A DNA stretch of 54,360 nucleotides from a bacterium (GTDB lineage: Bacteria; Patescibacteriota; Patescibacteriia; S139-126): the NCBI GenBank assembly GCA_030666865.1, contig DAOUWZ010000005.1:1-54360 (forward strand). Direction: 5' to 3'. Each line of letters starts with the position of its first letter. Positions within the stretch are counted from its first letter, which is position 1. A program made the position numbers and the translations under genes. Positions 32,791 to 42,365 of the stretch are shown piece after piece. The notes beneath the pieces were generated by a model, which ran no database searches, was not told the DNA's origin, and saw only the letters and a program-made list of their open reading frames with translations.

Positions 32791-34248
32791 ATGCCCAGTA
32801 AAAAAATTATTTTGTTAGTAAGTGTAGTTTTTATTTTTGCTATTAGTTTTTTTAATACTCCTACAGAGGTGAAAGCGCAGGATAATACTATTTGCGCGGT
32901 ATATTTTACAGGTATTGGTTGTCCACATTGTTCCAAAACAGATCCTGTATTATTTGAAGAATTGTTAGATCAATATCCAAATTTATTTATCATTGAATAT
33001 GAAATTTATAATCAGCAAGAGAATGGCACACTTTTGTATTCATATAATCAAGAATATAATTCTGGTTTAGGTATTCCATTAGTGATTTTTAATAAAGAAA
33101 CTAATTTTAAAGGTGATAGACCTATTTTGAATAACGCAAATAAATTTTTGAATAAAAATAGCAATAATAAATGCCTTTTACTTGACGGTTCAGCTGTTGA
33201 TTTTGCTTCTTTGGATATTGCTGCTTTACATGGTTTGCCAAAAATATGGCATCAAAATAAAATTTTAATTAAGCAAAAACAAGGTGCTAATGACAGTCAA
33301 TTGTTGAGAGATTTATTAATTAATAATAATATAGATAAGGTTTTAGATAATAAGAATTACAATCAGGTAGAATCTATATCGGTTCATCTTTCTGGAAAGA
33401 GTTTATCTTTTGACCATGCTATTAATTTAGGTAATTGGTTATTTCAATGGAATGGGGAGTCTTCAGATAAAGTAATACAAACAGATGTTTTTTCTGATAA
33501 TATAAATCAAAAAAATAGTTTTTCATCTGATTCAGCTGATGAAACCAATAAGTTGAATCTTACTTGGACTAAAATAATTTCTTTAGCAGTTGTAGACGCG
33601 GTAAATCCATGCGCTTTAGCAGTATTAGTTTTGATGTTGACTGCAATCTTGGCTTACAATCCGAGTAATCGTAAAAACATTATTTTAGCCGGATTAGCTT
33701 TTATATTTTCAATTTATATTATGTATTTATTTTATGGTTTGGTTATTATTAAATTTTTTAAGGTAGTCCAGGCTTTAACTGTTGTACGTTTATGGCTTTA
33801 TAAAATTTTAGGAATAATTGCAATCATTTTAGCTATTTTGAATATTAGAGACTTTTTGAAATATAAGCCCGGTCAAGTAGGCACTGAAATGCCATTATTC
33901 TTAAGACCAAAAGTACAAAAAATAATTAGTGGCGTTACTTCTATCAAGGGAGCCTTTGGTGTGGGTATTTTTGTAACCTTATTTTTATTACCATGCACTA
34001 TTGGACCATATATTATTGCTGGAGGTATTTTATCAGCTTTAGAAGTATTACAGACACTTCCGCCGTTATTTTTGTATAATTTGATTTTCATCAGTCCAAT
34101 GCTTATTATTGTGGCAATTGTTTATATTGGGTTTCGTAAAGTGGAAGATATTAATAATTGGAAAGAAAAGAATATCACAAAGTTACATTTAGTAGCTGGC
34201 ATAATTATGTTATTTTTAGGATTAGTAATGATTATGGGATGGGTATAA
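32791..34248 (+). CDS. Thioredoxin-like (CPHC) domain fused to a CcdA/DsbD-type membrane domain
   Basis: GCPHC; DAVNPCA; LPCTIGPY; multiple TMs. Confidence 0.85.
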   Translation: MPSKKIILLVSVVFIFAISFFNTPTEVKAQDNTICAVYFTGIGCPHCSKTDPVLFEELLDQYPNLFIIEYEIYNQQENGTLLYSYNQEYNSGLGIPLVIFNKETNFKGDRPILNNANKFLNKNSNNKCLLLDGSAVDFASLDIAALHGLPKIWHQNKILIKQKQGANDSQLLRDLLINNNIDKVLDNKNYNQVESISVHLSGKSLSFDHAINLGNWLFQWNGESSDKVIQTDVFSDNINQKNSFSSDSADETNKLNLTWTKIISLAVVDAVNPCALAVLVLMLTAILAYNPSNRKNIILAGLAFIFSIYIMYLFYGLVIIKFFKVVQALTVVRLWLYKILGIIAIILAILNIRDFLKYKPGQVGTEMPLFLRPKVQKIISGVTSIKGAFGVGIFVTLFLLPCTIGPYIIAGGILSALEVLQTLPPLFLYNLIFISPMLIIVAIVYIGFRKVEDINNWKEKNITKLHLVAGIIMLFLGLVMIMGWV

Positions 34249-34296
34249 GGAAGTTTATAATAGCCATTTTGACATAAAAAGATTTTAAAATAAGTT

Positions 34297-34905
34297 ATGG
34301 ATAAATTATCAAATTCAAAAGTCAAAATAGAATCAGAATTAAAAGAAATTAAAAATGAAATATTAAATTGCCAGAAGTGTTCATTGTATAAAACCAGAAA
34401 ATACCCGGTTATTGGCCAGGGCAATCATCAGCCGAGAATTATATTGATTGCTGAAGCGCCTGGTAGTTGTGAAGATAAAACTGGGAGACCATTTTGTGGT
34501 CAGTCTGGTAAAATATTAGATGAATTATTATATGCGGTTAATATTGCCAGAGAGGATATATACATTACAAATATTTTAAAATGCCGGCCGCCAGGCAATC
34601 GCGATCCTTTAGCAGATGAAATTAATTCATGTGGTGGTTATTTGTTAAGGCAGATAAGCATTTTAAAGCCGCAAGTGATATGTTCTTTAGGTAATTTCGC
34701 AACCAAATATATTATGGAAAAGTTTGATTTATTAGCTGAATTTAAAGGAATTAGTAAAATACATGGACAAGAGTTTTCTGTTAAAAATGCTGATTATGGT
34801 CAATTTAAAATTATTCCCTTTTACCACCCAGCTGTAGCATCTTATCGTATAAATATGAAAGAATTATTATTAGCAGATTTTAAAATTTTGCAAAAATTTA
34901 TTTGA
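34297..34905 (+). CDS. Uracil-DNA glycosylase, family 4 (Fe-S)
   Basis: CQKC, EAPG, GRPF.G.SG, NILKCRPP.NRDP, YHPA. Confidence 0.93.
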   Translation: MDKLSNSKVKIESELKEIKNEILNCQKCSLYKTRKYPVIGQGNHQPRIILIAEAPGSCEDKTGRPFCGQSGKILDELLYAVNIAREDIYITNILKCRPPGNRDPLADEINSCGGYLLRQISILKPQVICSLGNFATKYIMEKFDLLAEFKGISKIHGQEFSVKNADYGQFKIIPFYHPAVASYRINMKELLLADFKILQKFI

Positions 34906-34948
34906 TAATTTTTTACTAAAGTAATGATAAATAAAGTTTTATAAAAAA

Positions 34949-36334
34949 ATGGGAATAAATCAAAAACTAATAAATCAATTATTTAATTTATCAGATTTGC
35001 CTTTGACGCAGCTTTCTCATACTTTTGCCCAAGCCTCTATCTGGTATGAAGAGGGTATGAAAGATCAGATCGCTACTTTTGATTTGGTAGTTAGAGATAT
35101 GCCCAAGCATCGGAATTATTTAGTGGCTGGGGGCTTGGAAGAAGTAATAGGTTATTTACTTAAGTATAAATATTCAGATGAGGATATAAAATACTTATTA
35201 GATGGAGGGTTGATTACTAAAAATTTTGTAAAATATTTAAAGCAATTAAGATTTACTGGAGATGTTTATGCCATGCCAGAAGGGACAATACTTTTTCCCG
35301 GTGAACCAATTATTAGAATAACTGCGCCATTGATTCAGGCTGCTTTGATAGAGATATTTTTATTAACAGTCGGAGTTTCAAATATTATTTTTTTGAGTAA
35401 AGCTGCTAGATTACGATCAGCTTCACCGAATAATGTTCCATCATTGGGTATGCAGCGAGCTTATTCTTTTGAATCTGGCATGAAAGCACTTAGAAGCGGA
35501 TATATTTGTGGTTCCAAAATGAATGTGTGGTCTAGTTTTGTAAAAAAATTTGGATTGAAACAATCTGATTACATTATTAATGGACAGCATTTATTTATTA
35601 AATCGTTTAATAATGAATTGACGGCTTTTCGGAAAATGGCTAAATATTTTCCTGATAATACATCAGTAATGATTGATACTTATGATTTTGATCAGGGTTT
35701 AGCTAATGCTATTACTGTCGCTAAGGAATTAAAACAACAAGGATATAATTTGGAATATGTCACTATTGATTCTGGAAATTTGGAAAAACTTAGTAAACAG
35801 GTCAGGAAAGAGCTTGATCAGAATGGATTGAAAAAAGTAAAGATTATTACTGCTACAAATTTGGATGAATATAAAGTTAAAAAATTGGTACAAAACCGGG
35901 CACCAATAGATATATTTGTGGTAGCAACCGAGTATGTCACTATGGCTGATTCATCAAAACTAGAAGTAGTCTACAAAATGGCAGAATTAAAAGATGGCAA
36001 AAATATTCAATATACTGCCAAACTATCACCTGGTAAGGAAAGTTATCCTGGCCGGAAACAAGTATTTAGAAAATATAGAAACGGCAAAATAGTTGAAGAT
36101 ATTATTGGTTTGGAAAATGAAAAATTAGGCGCGCCTTTACTAAAGCAATATATGTCTAAGGGACGAATTATAAGAAAAATTCCAGATATTAAAGAAATTA
36201 GAAAATATTTTGATAAACAATTTGCGACTATTCCGCAGAGGTTATTATCAATAGATAAAGATATAGAGTTTAAAGTGAAAGTAAGTAGGGAGATTAAAAA
36301 AATATTCAACCAAATAAAGAAAGAACATAAATAA
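34949..36334 (+). CDS. PncB/NAPRT-family protein, divergent paralog 2
   Basis: AGGLEE, FTGDVYAMPEGT, DTYD, DSG, NLDE, VYKM, SYPGRKQVFR. Confidence 0.87.
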   Translation: MGINQKLINQLFNLSDLPLTQLSHTFAQASIWYEEGMKDQIATFDLVVRDMPKHRNYLVAGGLEEVIGYLLKYKYSDEDIKYLLDGGLITKNFVKYLKQLRFTGDVYAMPEGTILFPGEPIIRITAPLIQAALIEIFLLTVGVSNIIFLSKAARLRSASPNNVPSLGMQRAYSFESGMKALRSGYICGSKMNVWSSFVKKFGLKQSDYIINGQHLFIKSFNNELTAFRKMAKYFPDNTSVMIDTYDFDQGLANAITVAKELKQQGYNLEYVTIDSGNLEKLSKQVRKELDQNGLKKVKIITATNLDEYKVKKLVQNRAPIDIFVVATEYVTMADSSKLEVVYKMAELKDGKNIQYTAKLSPGKESYPGRKQVFRKYRNGKIVEDIIGLENEKLGAPLLKQYMSKGRIIRKIPDIKEIRKYFDKQFATIPQRLLSIDKDIEFKVKVSREIKKIFNQIKKEHK

Positions 36335-36398
36335 TATTTTTATTTGATTTTACTTTACAGCATGTTTTTATGACAAATAAAGATAATAAAATAAATAA

Positions 36399-37457
36399 AT
36401 GAATAATTTTTTAGAACTTAATTTAGAAAATATTCCAGATTACTATCGACGAATTTTGAGTAAATATTTATTCAAGGCTGATTTATTAAAAGTAGATGAA
36501 GTGCATAATGGTTTTAATAATTATTTATTTAGATTAATTGTAAATTTTAAAGGTAAGCATAAAGTTTATTATTTAAAACAAGCACAGAAATATAATAAAA
36601 GAAGTTATTTACAAGGAAAGCCTATTTATCTAAGTCCAACTAGAATTATTGGAGAAGTAGATCTAATATCTAGATTGGAAAAAATATGGCCTATTGGAAC
36701 TGTGCCTAAAATTATTTATTTTGATAAAAAAAATTATATTTTTTTAATGAATGATATTTCTGGAAATGCTAAATTTTTACCTAAAGAATTTGATAGAAAT
36801 AAAGTGCATCCAGAAGCTGGCAGTACTTTAGGTAGGTTATTAGCGAAACTCCATTCTTCTACTTGGAAAAAGAGTGTTTATCCCAAATCAAAAATTTCAT
36901 ATCAAAATAAATTGAAAAAAGAATTATTTGAAAAAAATTGGTCTAAAGGTATAAAAAAGGTGGTTGATTCAAAATTAGTTAATAGTTTATTTAAACCTAA
37001 TAAGTATATTTCCACTTCATTGATTTGGGGTGATCCAATATATAGAAATATTTTTGTAAAACCTAATGGAAAAGTGAGTTTAGTTGATTTTGATCACACT
37101 TTAAAATTCAATCCCTTATTAGATTCAGGTATTTTACTTTCACATTGGACATGGATGTGGTTGAAGCCAAATAAAAAATTAAAAAAAGATTGTGAAAAAT
37201 TTATAAAAAATTATATCAGTAATTATTATAAAGCATGGTTTAAGCATCCTAATTTTGATAGAAAAATTAAAGACGAATTTGATTATTGGCTACCTTGTTG
37301 GATTGGTTGGTATATGCTATCAAGAACAGAAGGAAAATCTGGTTCTTATTTTGAAAAATATCCAACTTGGGAAAAAAAGATTAAGCAATTAGGAATTGAT
37401 TTGATTGAAGGAAATTTATCAGAGCATAGTAGAAAAATAGTAGATTTATTAAAATAA
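36399..37457 (+). CDS. APH/choline-kinase-fold phosphotransferase, 5-methylthioribose-kinase-like
   Basis: GFNNYLFR, YLKQA, LAKLH, IWGD...NI, VDFD. Confidence 0.7.
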   Translation: MNNFLELNLENIPDYYRRILSKYLFKADLLKVDEVHNGFNNYLFRLIVNFKGKHKVYYLKQAQKYNKRSYLQGKPIYLSPTRIIGEVDLISRLEKIWPIGTVPKIIYFDKKNYIFLMNDISGNAKFLPKEFDRNKVHPEAGSTLGRLLAKLHSSTWKKSVYPKSKISYQNKLKKELFEKNWSKGIKKVVDSKLVNSLFKPNKYISTSLIWGDPIYRNIFVKPNGKVSLVDFDHTLKFNPLLDSGILLSHWTWMWLKPNKKLKKDCEKFIKNYISNYYKAWFKHPNFDRKIKDEFDYWLPCWIGWYMLSRTEGKSGSYFEKYPTWEKKIKQLGIDLIEGNLSEHSRKIVDLLK

Positions 37458-37479
37458 GATAATTATTAATAAAAAATAT

Positions 37480-38151
37480 ATGAAAAAATTATATAAGCCT
37501 AATCATGAGGATTACACATTTATTCAAGGGGATAGAGATCCTGATGAAAATATGCGTAATATAGCTTCACAATTAGGTGAGGAATTATCCAAGAGAGATG
37601 TCAAAGTAAATGTAGGTTCTTATGGTGGTTTTGTTAAAGTATTGCAGGAGTCAGGTGTTGAAATTTATCCTCATGTAATGGTGTGGGAAGGTAAAGAATT
37701 ACAATTTAACCAGGATGAAGTAGAATCAATCAATTGTATAGAAATAGCTGAGCAGATGTTGCAGAATGAAAAAATAGATGAAGAAGAGAAAAAAAATAGA
37801 ATCAAAGATGTTTCATGGGCTTTACGAATGGGGTTGTTTTTATCAAATTCTAGCTCTTTTGCATTTTTTCCTGGCACTAGAGGAACGAGATCTCATTTAT
37901 TATCTGCTTTAGCATTCAATTTAACATCTGACAAGCCTAAACCTGTGGCTTTAATAGGATGGGATGAAGATGATTTGAATTTGCAAAATCATTCAGAATA
38001 TCCAGAACTTAAAGACAGAGAAGATGCTTGGCTTAAAAGTTTTGCTTCAGAGTTGAGAGAAGAATTTCCGTCATGGCTAAAAAATTTTGATAAAGAAGAT
38101 ATTGATGGAATAGTTGAATTTCTTACAAATAAAACAGAAAATAATGATTAA
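37480..38151 (+). CDS. Divergent SLOG/LOG-fold protein
   Basis: QLG.EL, VGSYGG, FPGTRGT, KPVALIGW. Confidence 0.55.
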   Translation: MKKLYKPNHEDYTFIQGDRDPDENMRNIASQLGEELSKRDVKVNVGSYGGFVKVLQESGVEIYPHVMVWEGKELQFNQDEVESINCIEIAEQMLQNEKIDEEEKKNRIKDVSWALRMGLFLSNSSSFAFFPGTRGTRSHLLSALAFNLTSDKPKPVALIGWDEDDLNLQNHSEYPELKDREDAWLKSFASELREEFPSWLKNFDKEDIDGIVEFLTNKTENND

Positions 38152-38159
38152 TATATTAT

Positions 38160-39542
38160 ATGATAAATGATTTAGTCACCAAAGAAGATTTGATTTTATT
38201 TACTTCCGGGACCAGGTTTACTTTGAGAAGCGTTTACTATGAAGAAGGTTTTGCCGACACAATAGCAAGTTTTGATTTATTTGTTAGAGAATTGCCAGAC
38301 AAAAGAAACTATTTGGTATTTGCTGGATTGGAACATATTTTGGATTTTTTATTAAATTTAAAATTTACTGACCGGCAACTTAAGTGGTTGAAAAAAACAT
38401 ATGGCTTTTCTGATGAAGTAATGAAGTATTATAAAAAATTTAAATTTACTGGTGATGTTTATGCTATGCCTGAGGGTAGTATATTTTTTGCAAATGAGCC
38501 GGTGATTAGAATAGTTGCGCCGATTATTGAAGCGCAAATGGTAGAGATTTATTTGACCAATACAATTTTTTTACAAACAATTTTAGCATCAAAAATTTCC
38601 CGGTTTGTCTGCGCAGCCAAGAATAAAAAATCAATATTTGGATTTAATCGGAGTTATGGTCTGGATACGGCGATGAAATTGGATCGGGTAGGGAAGATTG
38701 TTGGGTCTAGTCAATCAGTTGTGCCGATTAATAGTTTTAGAAATCCCGGGCTCGCTACTTTTTCAAATCATATGTTTCATCATTTTGTTACAGCATTTGA
38801 TAGTGAAATTGAGGCGTTTGAAGCTCATCTAAAACGTTATCCTGATAAAGCGACTGTTTTGGTGGATACTTATGACACTATTAAGGGAGTTAAAAATTTT
38901 ATTAAGGTGGCGGTCCGAGTAAAGGAGAAAACCGGCAAACAGCCTAAACATATCATGCTTGATAGCGGTGATATATATTCATTAAGCGTTCGCGCCAGGA
39001 AAATGCTTGATGATGCTGGACTTGATAGGGTTGGCATTATGGGAGTCAGTAATTTGGATGAGTATAAAGTAGATAAGATGGTCAAAAAAAATGCGCCGAT
39101 TGATCTTTATAGCGGTACCACTAATATTTTGACGCCGATTGACGCGCCAGTATTGGAGTTGGTTTATAAGTTGAATGAAATTAGAAAAGACGGCAGGGTA
39201 TATCCGAAGATGAAATTATCCAGTCAGAAAATATCTTTGCCTGGTAGAAAACAGGTATTTAGACAAGAAAAAAATGGTAGATATATAGGAGATGTTATTG
39301 GGCTTAGTTCAGAGAAAATTAGCGGCCGGAAAATGCTGATTAAATATATTAGCCAAGGAAAATTAGCAAGGAAGTTGCCTGACTTAGCATCAATAAAGAA
39401 ATATTATGAGAAAGAAAAAAATAAATTTAAACAGTCTTTATTAGAAGTAAGTAAAAAAGTGGAATACAAGGTGTCAATTAGTAAAGATTTGAAAAAGTTA
39501 ATGAAAAAAACCAGAAAAGAAATTGAACAGAAGAATTATTAG
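38160..39542 (+). CDS. PncB/NAPRT-family protein, divergent paralog 3
   Basis: FAGLE, FTGDVYAMPEG, VDTYDT, LDSGD, SNLDE, VYKL, LPGRKQVFR. Confidence 0.9.
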   Translation: MINDLVTKEDLILFTSGTRFTLRSVYYEEGFADTIASFDLFVRELPDKRNYLVFAGLEHILDFLLNLKFTDRQLKWLKKTYGFSDEVMKYYKKFKFTGDVYAMPEGSIFFANEPVIRIVAPIIEAQMVEIYLTNTIFLQTILASKISRFVCAAKNKKSIFGFNRSYGLDTAMKLDRVGKIVGSSQSVVPINSFRNPGLATFSNHMFHHFVTAFDSEIEAFEAHLKRYPDKATVLVDTYDTIKGVKNFIKVAVRVKEKTGKQPKHIMLDSGDIYSLSVRARKMLDDAGLDRVGIMGVSNLDEYKVDKMVKKNAPIDLYSGTTNILTPIDAPVLELVYKLNEIRKDGRVYPKMKLSSQKISLPGRKQVFRQEKNGRYIGDVIGLSSEKISGRKMLIKYISQGKLARKLPDLASIKKYYEKEKNKFKQSLLEVSKKVEYKVSISKDLKKLMKKTRKEIEQKNY

Positions 39543-39825
39543 TAGATTATTCGCACCACTATGTCACTTTGTACAGGGATAACATACCCCACTCTCTTGA
39601 TATGTACATTGATAGAGGGGATGTGCTAATAATGTTTTTATTTGTAGAAATGTTAAAAGTTAAATTTTTTTTGCCCGCCGTATTGGAGAGAGAGGGGAAT
39701 TTCCGCTCGAGGCGGATCAGCCTTGGCTGAAAAAGGTCTACTTACTGGCAGGTAGGGGGTGGGTAGTATTAATGTTTAGAAAGGGTTTATAAATTGGGAT
39801 GAAAAAAGAGCTATCAAAGCTCTTT

Positions 39826-40383
39826 TTAGATTGAAAAATCTATTTCATTAATTTCCTCGGCCGTGTTTATATGATAAATATTTATTTTCATATAGGGAGG
39901 TATAATACCAAGAGAAAATTCTTTTATCAATCCGACCCAATTAAAAAAACTGTTATTAAAAAAAACTATTTTTTTTAATTTTTTTTCTGGCTGAATTTGA
40001 TACTGAACATTTCTTATTTGCATTACAGTTTGTAATTCAAATAATGTTCCTTCGTTACCTGGCATAAAAATATAAGCATCAGCGGCCATCAAGCGTTTGA
40101 CGCGCCAGAGAAATTGTTGTTCTAAGTTATTTCCCCGAGCTATTATTTTTTTTGTTAAAAATTTATTAGCTTTTAATTTAACGGGAAGAGGAAATAATAC
40201 CCCAGTAATATTAATGGTTTTATTATTTGCATTATTAGCGCCTTCAGAGATAGCCGTCATAATTCCTGAATACCCTCCAGAAATAATTGAAAGATTTTTT
40301 CTGGCTAAAGCCAGACCTAAATTATAGGCTGACTGATAAAAATTATGAGTAGTTTTACTACCACCAAATACTGCGATTTCCAT
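39826..40383 (-). CDS. LOG-family (SLOG) nucleotide phosphoribohydrolase-like protein
   Basis: AVFGGS, SGGYSGIM.A, R...L, MPGNEGTLFEL. Confidence 0.85.
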   Translation of the reverse strand: MEIAVFGGSKTTHNFYQSAYNLGLALARKNLSIISGGYSGIMTAISEGANNANNKTINITGVLFPLPVKLKANKFLTKKIIARGNNLEQQFLWRVKRLMAADAYIFMPGNEGTLFELQTVMQIRNVQYQIQPEKKLKKIVFFNNSFFNWVGLIKEFSLGIIPPYMKINIYHINTAEEINEIDFSI

Positions 40384-40481
40384 TTTAGCTCCTTTCTGAT
40401 TGATTTAATGAACAAATTAATTTAGAAAATATAGCATTTTATTATTGGGATGTCAATATTAGTATTAAAAATAAGATAGGT

Positions 40482-40510
40482 GTAGTGACAGAGCATTGCT
40501 CTGTCACTAC
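40482..40510. repeat. GTAG-type REP-like palindrome, copy 2
   Basis: GTAGTGACAGAGCA-T-TGCTCTGTCACTAC; differs from 3118-3146 only at the centre base. Confidence 0.85.
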
Positions 40511-40613
40511 GATCTAAAGATGTTATACATAAAAATGATATTGTATTTTATAGTAAAATTTACTATACTCTAAACTAGAGTTGAATAAACTCTTTATTTA
40601 TTTAAATATAAAT

Positions 40614-42236
40614 ATGAATGAATTAAATTCACAAGATCAGAAGGTTTATACGCTTTTTTCACCAATCGTGAAACTTGTTAAAGTATTTAAAGATACTGAA
40701 AATAAGGTATTGCCACCAGAAGATTCACGCATAAAATTAAATACAGTCGTTTCCAAAATGTCCTTATTTTATGAAAAAATAAGGAATGCTGTTGATTATG
40801 AAGAAGAACATTTATTAAGAGAAAGGGCAATTCGGAGGAATTTGAAACGAACCATGACTTTGCCAAATAGATCAGGAAAAATTATTGCTAAACCTTTGGT
40901 GCTTGATATGGTTAGGTCTGGTTATTTGCCCAATAATGAGTTATCAGAAGATATTGTTACTAAGGGTGAGATAATTATTGATAAGTATTTGGGGTTAATT
41001 GATCGAATAGGAAAATACAAAGAAAAGAAAGAGAAAGTAGAACTTTTTGAATGGCTGGTAAATATTTTATCTATAGAACTTGATGATTTATTTGAAACAA
41101 AATCAAAAGAGGATTCTTTGGTAGAGTGCATGTATCAAGTTGTCAGCAAGGATATTGTAGTTACAGATTCAAAATATAGTGAATCCGATATTAAAATCCA
41201 ATTATATATAGCAATTTTAAGATCATTGATTAAGGCTGATATTGCCAGAGTGGGATATTATCTATGGCAATTGTATGTTCCAAATTGGCGTGAAGCAGAG
41301 GAAATTGATTTGACAGATGTTGCTCAGAAGATCGGCAGCATATACCAAAAAATTCAAATGCAGATAAAGCATCCTTTAGGGGATCTTTATATGAGGATTT
41401 TGAGAAAGTATAATGTTATTTTTTTAATAATTCAAGATATTATCAAAGATGAGCCGGCTGCTGCTATTGATGTGTGGAAAAATCCCGCATTATTGGAAGA
41501 GAAGATTCGCAATGCCACTAAGAAACGTTATAAAATTTCTAAAGTTAAATTGAGAAGAAGCATAGTCAGAAGTATTATTTATCTTTTGATTACTAAAATG
41601 GTTTTGGCCGTCTTGTTGGAATTACCATTAGACTGGTTAATAGAAAGAGAGTTGAATATTATTAGTATCGTTATTAATGTTTTATTTCCACCGGCTTTAA
41701 TGTTTTTGATCGGATTGTTTATTCGTGTTCCTAGTATGAAAAATACCGACAAGATTGTTCAAGGTATTAAAGAAATTTCATATCAATTTGATGAAAGACA
41801 AGTTTTACATAAGATTAAGAAGCAGTTAAAGCGCAGTGTATTCATGACCAGAGCTTTTAGAGTTGTTTATACAATTATTTTTACATTTACATTTGGTATG
41901 ATTTTTTATGGATTGCATAATTTGAGTTTCAATATTGCTAGCATGGTAATATTTATATTTTTTCTATCTCTGGTTTCATTTTTTAGTATTCGCATATCTC
42001 AGTCAGCTCGGGAACTCCATATTATAGAAAAAAAGGCTAATGTGTTTACGTTTTTTAAGGATTTTTTTTCATTGCCAATTTTACATTTTGGCCGCTGGCT
42101 TTCTAATAATTTAAATAAAATTAATTTTTTTGTAATTTTGTTTGATTTTGTGATTGAAGCGCCGTTTAAAGTTTTGGTTGATATTATTGATGAATGGACC
42201 ACTTATGTTGAAGAAAAAAAAGAAGAATTGTATTAG
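40614..42236 (+). CDS. Conserved hypothetical membrane protein
   Basis: YEKIRNAVDYEEEHLLR..AI.R; C-terminal TMs; DFVIEAPFK; ATG at 40614 preferred over TTG at 40581. Confidence 0.75.
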   Translation: MNELNSQDQKVYTLFSPIVKLVKVFKDTENKVLPPEDSRIKLNTVVSKMSLFYEKIRNAVDYEEEHLLRERAIRRNLKRTMTLPNRSGKIIAKPLVLDMVRSGYLPNNELSEDIVTKGEIIIDKYLGLIDRIGKYKEKKEKVELFEWLVNILSIELDDLFETKSKEDSLVECMYQVVSKDIVVTDSKYSESDIKIQLYIAILRSLIKADIARVGYYLWQLYVPNWREAEEIDLTDVAQKIGSIYQKIQMQIKHPLGDLYMRILRKYNVIFLIIQDIIKDEPAAAIDVWKNPALLEEKIRNATKKRYKISKVKLRRSIVRSIIYLLITKMVLAVLLELPLDWLIERELNIISIVINVLFPPALMFLIGLFIRVPSMKNTDKIVQGIKEISYQFDERQVLHKIKKQLKRSVFMTRAFRVVYTIIFTFTFGMIFYGLHNLSFNIASMVIFIFFLSLVSFFSIRISQSARELHIIEKKANVFTFFKDFFSLPILHFGRWLSNNLNKINFFVILFDFVIEAPFKVLVDIIDEWTTYVEEKKEELY

Positions 42237-42301
42237 GATTTTGATAAAATTAATTTTTTGAATAAATTTGTCTAATATTAGACAAATTTTTAGATAAACA
42301 C

Positions 42302-42330
42302 TTGACAAAATCGTTAAAATTTGCTATTAT
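42302..42330 (+). promoter_or_regulatory. Sigma70 promoter
   Basis: TTGACA-17 bp-TATTAT with TGn extension. Confidence 0.6.
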
Positions 42331-42365
42331 TTAATGATTTAAAATAATATGATATAATTAAAATA

